This document shows, in pieces, positions 56,158 to 64,000 of a stretch of 64,000 bases of DNA (the stretch's first letter is position 1; every line of letters starts with the position of its first letter). Source of the DNA: Octopus vulgaris (taxonomy: Eukaryota); NCBI GenBank assembly GCA_951406725.2, contig OX597839.1:40486001-40550000 (forward strand). Direction: 5' to 3'. A program made the translations under genes and the position numbers. A model generated the notes under the pieces. The model was not told the DNA's origin and made no database searches. It saw only the letters and a program-made list of their open reading frames with translations.

Positions 56158-57427
56158 TATATGTAAATATATATTTATTTATGTATTTATTTATACATAA
56201 ATGAATAATACGTATATGTGTGTGTAATTGTGTGTTTGTATATGAGTGAGTATTGTATGTATATGCATATGTATGTATATATCTCTGTGTGTATGTTTAT
56301 GCATATGTAAACGAATACGTATATATAATGCATAATATACGTATGTGTGTGTGTGTGTGTGTGTGTTTGTGCGTATGTATTTGTGTGTGTGCTGCATAAA
56401 TGTGGAACATGGCACTAGTTCCCAACCTCACACCCTTCAGGTCCCTGCAAGCCGCAGTTACTTTACAATAACTAACTCAATTAACAAGTTTAAAAATAAA
56501 AACCCGAAATATGTTTCTTACAAACACCCCTGGCGTCACAAGTATAAATAGAAATTTTATTTGTATACGCTGTAGTTATGTTTACACAGTAACAAAAGTT
56601 AAATTTTAAAATGCAAATAAACAAGGCCATAATTGATGAGATCTACATAGAAATTTCTTATCAGATATCATGTGTCCTCTGATTTTCGTTTCATATGGAG
56701 TCCATCATTATTTGTTGTTTATATGTTTGCCATTGTGGTTGTTGCTGCTGTTGTTGGTGGCGGTGACGATGTTAGTGGTTTTGTTGTTGCTACCTTGTTG
56801 ATGTTTAAATCTAATATTATGTGCAGAATAAAGAACAATCATTGATGTGGAGTCTCTTTTTTTTATAATATAATATTTATAATAGGTATGTCATTATAAT
56901 GATTTATGTGCTAGTGTGTAACTCTGTTGATCGTATGTGTTCGTGCCTACGCGTGTGCGTCAGATGACGTGCGCCTGTGTGAGAACGGGTATCTGTGTGT
57001 ATGCAAAACAGCTTTATATTCTCTTTAATGGAAACTCTTTTTTTTTAAATAACATTCTAAAAATCTGTTTGGAGGAAGTTTGATGAATTATAAATAAATG
57101 ATATTTGAATGCTAACTTAAACATTGTCTTCCATACAATGTAAATATATTTCTTTAGAAAACAAGTTTTGCACACAATGCTACTTTCAATATATAGAATA
57201 TATATATATATATATATATATACAGGCAAACGCAGACACACGTTATATTTATGTATTTATGTACGTATTTTGTATTAATGGTAACATTTTGCATCGAAGT
57301 TTTGTTAATGTTGGCTACTCAGCGCAGTGTGTTGAAAAACCATTAACGTGGAAACTGAGAGGCGAACTTGCTATTCTCATTGATAATAAATATAATTTTC
57401 ACTCTTCACTTTATATCTATCTATCTT

Positions 57428-57486
<59 letters not shown>

Positions 57487-57675
57487 CTCCCTCTCTCTCT
57501 TTCTCTCCCTATATATATATATATATATATATAGTACATATGCGGTAGGTATACAAGTAGAGCAAATTTAGGTATTTCTCCCAGGTCTTAAAAGTAGGGG
57601 GAACAGCCTTCGTTGATTCTGGAATCGTATTGGTATATATGTGTGTGTGGTGTAGGTGCGGTGTAGACGCTGTTG

Positions 57676-57996
57676 TGTGATTTTTTCTTGTGAGGATATG
57701 TAAAAGGTCGCTTTTATGTTCCACCGCCACCCACCTACCTCGATGACCTTAGACAGCGAATAACAACAGCGATCAGCTCACTGGATCGTGATATGCTGAT
57801 ACGCATCTGGGAGGAATTCACTTATCGCATTGTTGTTCCCCGTGCTGTAGGTGGTGGCCACATTGAACACTTGTTAGACAGGAAATAAAAGTTGATTGTG
57901 AGTAAATACTTGTGACTCAGCTGGGGTTTTCTATTGCTTTTCTTTATTAAAATATTGCAAAATGAAATCGGTTCATTGTTTCTGAATAACCCGGTA
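57676..57996 (+). mobile_element. Tc1/mariner (rosa/DD41D-like) transposase C-terminal remnant plus right end
   Basis: CDFFL*GYVKGRFYVPPPPTYLDDLRQRITTAISSLDRDMLIRIWEEFTYRI…GGGHIEHLL; ends in TTCTGAATAACCCGGTA. Confidence 0.85.
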
Positions 57997-58368
57997 TTTG
58001 CAAAACTTCGAGTAGTGCTCAAAAATGGCAGAGACATGTATCAGTTCGTAGATAGAGACGTAATTAGGAGTTGGTGTTGACCCCAGTAAAAATATTTAGT
58101 ATAGAGATAGCTGGGAGTGATTAGCGAAATGAGATACAGAAGCGAAGCAGCAGAAATGGATTTAGAAAGAAAGTATTAGTTAAGAATTAGCTGACATTTT
58201 TTTTCATCCAGGATGTTGCTACAATTGAACAAAAAGATGTAGATTATAATCAACGTATATAAAAAAATTAGACATCTAAAGATATCACTAACATCATAAA
58301 TTCGTGAAAGGGTTGATCATAGATTCGAGAACATTTATAACATACAAAAACATTTTCAGTAGCATCAT

Positions 58369-58436
<68 letters not shown>

Positions 58437-58879
58437 TATATTCTGGTGTGTGTGAGTGTGTGTATATAAAAATGTACACCAATATCAGATGAATTTTAAA
58501 ATATAAATAAATAAAACTGTAATTTCGCCTAGGCACACATACACACGCGAATGTTTATAAACATACATGTAAGTCATTTAACAAATATATATTTTGTCAT
58601 TTGAATTATATATATATAATTTCTTAGGTATTCGTGACAAATAATTTTTTGGAAAATTTTTACCATTTATTTTATTCATTGTTGCTGCTGTTGTCGTTTT
58701 TAATGAAGATGATAATAATGATAATGATGATGATGATGCTTAGTTTTAAATCTACAGTATCTGCAAAATAAAGAATGATAATTAATGCGAAGTTGTTTTC
58801 ATAATATGATATTCATATCTATGACATTTCAATTATTTATGAAGGCATGTATCTATACATACATAGTTAATATACTGAC

Positions 58880-59015
58880 ACATGCGCACACAGCATGTAT
58901 GTTTCTCGAATATATACGTATTATATATATACATATATATATATAATACATATATCTACACGAATATATTTATATATATACGCATATATACATACGTACA
59001 TTCGTATATATATAA

Positions 59016-59063
<48 letters not shown>

Positions 59064-59594
59064 ATCTACCTATCTATCTATCTATCTATCTATCTACGTA
59101 TCCATCTATCTGTCTGTCTGCCTGTCTGTCTTTCTATCTAGCTCTCTCACGCTTTCTTCCTTTCTCTCTTTATATAATATATGTATATATATAATATATA
59201 CACACATATTTATATGTATAAATACATGTGCGTATATATATAGGCATATATGTATGTATTTACATACATATAACATGTATGCAACTCAATATATATGTAT
59301 ATATACATATATATGTGCATATATGTGTTTATATATATATGCATATATATGTATATATATGAATATATATACATAAATACATATGCATATATATACATAC
59401 ATATATATATATATATATGTATATATATATTGACATATATATATATACATGCATTTATGTAAAGTTATAGGAACTGCATGCTAAATCGCTAAAATACAAA
59501 AATATTCACACACGCATATGTATTTACACGTACCAACTCAGAAGCACACACACCCACAAACATATATTTGTGTATAATATATATGTATATATAT

Positions 59595-59647
<53 letters not shown>

Positions 59648-59699
59648 AATTCATATGTACATATACGTGCATACATATATGTATATGTATATCTATATA

Positions 59700-59752
<53 letters not shown>

Positions 59753-60062
59753 GTGTATACATAGGAATGCATATACTTATATAGTTATTAGTAAGTAATA
59801 TTTTCGCATTATGTTTAATGAAATTTTTATAATATTGTAAAAATTTGTTTCGTATATTAACGGAGTTTGATGAATTATAAATAAATGAGGTTTGAATGAT
59901 GATGTAAACAGAATGTAGTTCATACAATACAAATTTATTTCTTATGAAAGCATTTCTGCGTACGTTTCACATACGAACATAAATAGATATACACGAACGG
60001 TATAGAGATACGTACACATATGAGTATGTATCTATATATATATATATATATGTGTGTATATA

Positions 60063-60129
<67 letters not shown>

Positions 60130-60228
60130 GTATGTAGATACAGAAACATACGTATGTGCATAACACACTCACATATACGCGCGCACATGCACTCATGAAT
60201 ACAAACCTATAGATAGATATATAGATAA

Positions 60229-60279
<51 letters not shown>

Positions 60280-60551
60280 AAGTGAGAAATATAGATACAT
60301 ATATGTTCGTCTCCCTCTCTTTCTGTGAGTTTGTCTATCTCTGTCTATCTGTCTGTTTCTCTCTTTCGCTATACATATATGTGTTTGAGTGTGTTCACGC
60401 GCTAATATGTGTGTGTGTATGTATGTATGTATATATATATAAACATATATATATATATATATATTTACATATACACAATATATATACATATATATGCTTA
60501 TGTATATATATATATGTATATAAATATATTATATATATATATGTATATATG

Positions 60552-60614
<63 letters not shown>

Positions 60615-61073
60615 TGGGAGAAAGCAACTCGTACAGGAAACCAGTAATATGTATCTATGTGTTTGTTTGTGTATTTGTATATATTTGTGTGTATGTGTGT
60701 TTATGTATGTTTGTGTATATGCAAGTGTATCTCTTAGTGTATGTTTGTTTTGTATATATATAATATACAATTGTATATCCTTAAGAATTACGCGCTACAA
60801 ATGATGATAAGTACACGTGTCTCCATGGAAATATATGTATAGGCATATATGCGTATACCTGTGTGCATTGTTTAGAATAGTCTTATATACGTATTTATGT
60901 ATGTATGTATGTATGTGTGTATATATGTATGCAAAGATGTGCTTCTCTGTGCTTAGGTATATACGTGTGCGCCTGTACATTCTATAGCATTAATAAAAAA
61001 TTTATCTTTTCAAATACGTCGACTTCTTGCAAACGAATACAGATTCATTTAAACAGATGTGATTCCGTACCAT

Positions 61074-61107
<34 letters not shown>

Positions 61108-61364
61108 GCATATACACAATTCTACACGTAGGCAGATGGTTATAAAACTACATACACGGAAACACAAAAACACATGTTGTCTGAATTAGTGGGTGGGTGG
61201 GTGTGTGGTTGTGGCTAGGGATTTGGCGGTGATGAAAGGAGACAATGTAAAAGTGGTGAAAGAAAGAAAAACTATATAACGCGATAAATGAACAGGTAAA
61301 AAGCGTGGTAAATAAAACCCCAAAAAGACAGCTTTGAAATTTTAAATACTGTGTGTGCATATTA

Positions 61365-61422
<58 letters not shown>

Positions 61423-61461
61423 ATGTATGTATCTATATATATGTATATATATATCGGTATG

Positions 61462-61510
<49 letters not shown>

Positions 61511-61513
61511 ATA

Positions 61514-61576
<63 letters not shown>

Positions 61577-61870
61577 ATATATGACAGCCTTTAGTTCTAA
61601 GTTACATGACTACTCATATATGCGGCAATGCGTATTTATTCATTCGTATGTCTATAGATGTAAGCATGTGTGCATGTATGTATACATATATATGTATGCA
61701 TATTTTTTCGTCTATGATGTATATATGTGCACGTGCACACACATACACACACATATATATAATGTGAATATAGTTATATATATATATATATTTATATATA
61801 TATTCATATATACATATAAATATATACATATATTTACATATATATTTATATTTATAATATATATAAATAA

Positions 61871-61917
<47 letters not shown>

Positions 61918-62216
61918 ATATATGTAGATTTATATATATATGCATACACAATTAGGCAAGCAAGCATACATACAGAGAAGTAAAGATACATACATACAAA
62001 TATACATACATATTTGCAGACATACATACAGACTTATATAGATACACACTTCTATACATACATATATACAGGCATACATACGTACTTACATACATACGTA
62101 CATACATACATACATACATACATACATACATACACACATACATACATGTATACATACATACACACATACATACTTACATACATACATACAAAAATACATG
62201 CACACATACATACATG

Positions 62217-62258
<42 letters not shown>

Positions 62259-62664
62259 CATTTATACAAACATACATACATACATACATACATACATACA
62301 TACATACATACACCAACAGACCTGAAGGGTGGATGAATGAGATGAATCAGTTGTTCTGATGTGCAAAGATGAATAATTTCAAAAACAGTGGACGGTACAT
62401 TGCATCATGGGATACATACTCATCTATCAAAAATCACATTCTTTTTTTTTTGTTTTTCTCCTTGCCACCAGTTGTTTTGTTTTGTTTTGTCTGTTGTTGT
62501 TTTTCTAATCTCTAATATATAATATTTATTTGGTGTTTTTCTGTTATTTCATTGTGTTATGAAGCACTTCGTGATATTTAACAGTCTCACGATATCTCTT
62601 ACATTACATTTTAGGTCACTTTCCACACGTCTCGATCATGGAAATCTCTCTCTCTCTCTCTTTT

Positions 62665-62762
<98 letters not shown>

Positions 62763-62785
62763 CGTGTATCTATTTATCTGTCTTC

Positions 62786-62826
<41 letters not shown>

Positions 62827-62936
62827 CGTGTATGTATTTATCTGTCTACCTATCTATCTATTTATCTATCCCTCTATCAATCATCTATCCATCTATCAAC
62901 CTTTCTATCTATCTATCTATCTATCCATATATTTCA

Positions 62937-62978
<42 letters not shown>

Positions 62979-63092
62979 ACCTATATATCCATGTGTATGT
63001 GTGAATATATTTCTCTCTCTGTATGTCTGATAATGTGGCTCTGTCTCTCTCTTTCACTCTGTCTATCTATCAATCTATTTATCCATCTATCC

Positions 63093-63160
<68 letters not shown>

Positions 63161-63616
63161 GTCTGTCTGTCTGCTTGTTTATGAACAAATATGTATCTAC
63201 GGAGTGGGGATTACGTGTCTGCGCAAAACCGTGCGGTGAATGTTAGCCGGTTAATGATAGAAAAATGCCTGGGGTATCAAAAAATCGAATGTATTACACA
63301 CTTTAACTCAGATGAACACATCTGTGTGCAGATATAGATATATATATTTGCATAGGTATACATATACTTGCGTTCATATACGTATAAACGTGTGTCCATA
63401 TGTATTTATTTATTAATATGTTTGCATGTATGAGAGAAGTATTATATACTACCGATACACTTACCGATATATACACAGATAGCATGTCAGACACATAGAT
63501 TGATACATGAATAGATAGATAGATATATAGATATATGGATAGAAAATAAATGCATAGATAAATAAATAGATAGATATATAAATAGATTGATAGATTAGAT
63601 GGGTAGGTAGGTAGGT

Positions 63617-63668
<52 letters not shown>

Positions 63669-63682
63669 AGAGATAGACAGAC

Positions 63683-63737
<55 letters not shown>

Positions 63738-63800
63738 CAGGATAGACAGACAGAAACACAGAAAGAGGGAGAGAGAGAGAGAGAGAGTGGGAGAGACCGA
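58880..63800. repeat. ~5 kb of compound and degenerate (TA), (TG), (TACA) and (TATC) microsatellites
   Basis: Read directly; only short unique islands interrupt it. Confidence 0.93.
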
Positions 63801-64000
63801 CAGATAGATAAATGTTTTCATTTTCTTCCTTGTTTTTTTTCGTTTTTCCTTGTTTTTTTTACGCTTTTTTTTTCCAGAGTTGGAAATTGTAGAAAGCAAT
63901 TTTTCTTCCGCCATTTTGGCACAAATCTGATTTGATACGAAGCAGATTGGCGGAAACATAAAATAGATTTACAAACTTAAACGTAGTAAATACACGTATA

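Overview
AT-rich eukaryotic non-coding DNA (intergenic or a very large intron), packed with microsatellites: (TA)n, (GT)n, (TATG)n, (GATA)n, (TAGG)n, (TAA)n and (GAA)n. The repeat families and microsatellite density resemble an octopus (coleoid cephalopod) genome; this is an inference. No host protein-coding gene can be supported, and nearly all ORFs in the track are translated microsatellites. Recognisable content: three tRNA-derived SINE families (many copies, several with target-site duplications), a decayed DD34D mariner, mariner MITEs and a rosa/DD41D-like remnant, several 3' ends of R4/Dong-type RLE retrotransposons sitting in (TAA)n tracts, a ~555-bp non-coding element confined to (TAA)n, and a Penelope-like GIY-YIG endonuclease remnant. 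The most interesting signal is a set of type I hammerhead-ribozyme motifs in unrelated small repeats. One lies in a 363-bp terminally redundant, hairpin-rich retrozyme-like unit. Across the motifs the tertiary 3-8 pair varies (C-G, U-A, G-C). All motif calls were made by eye and ribozyme activity is untested.
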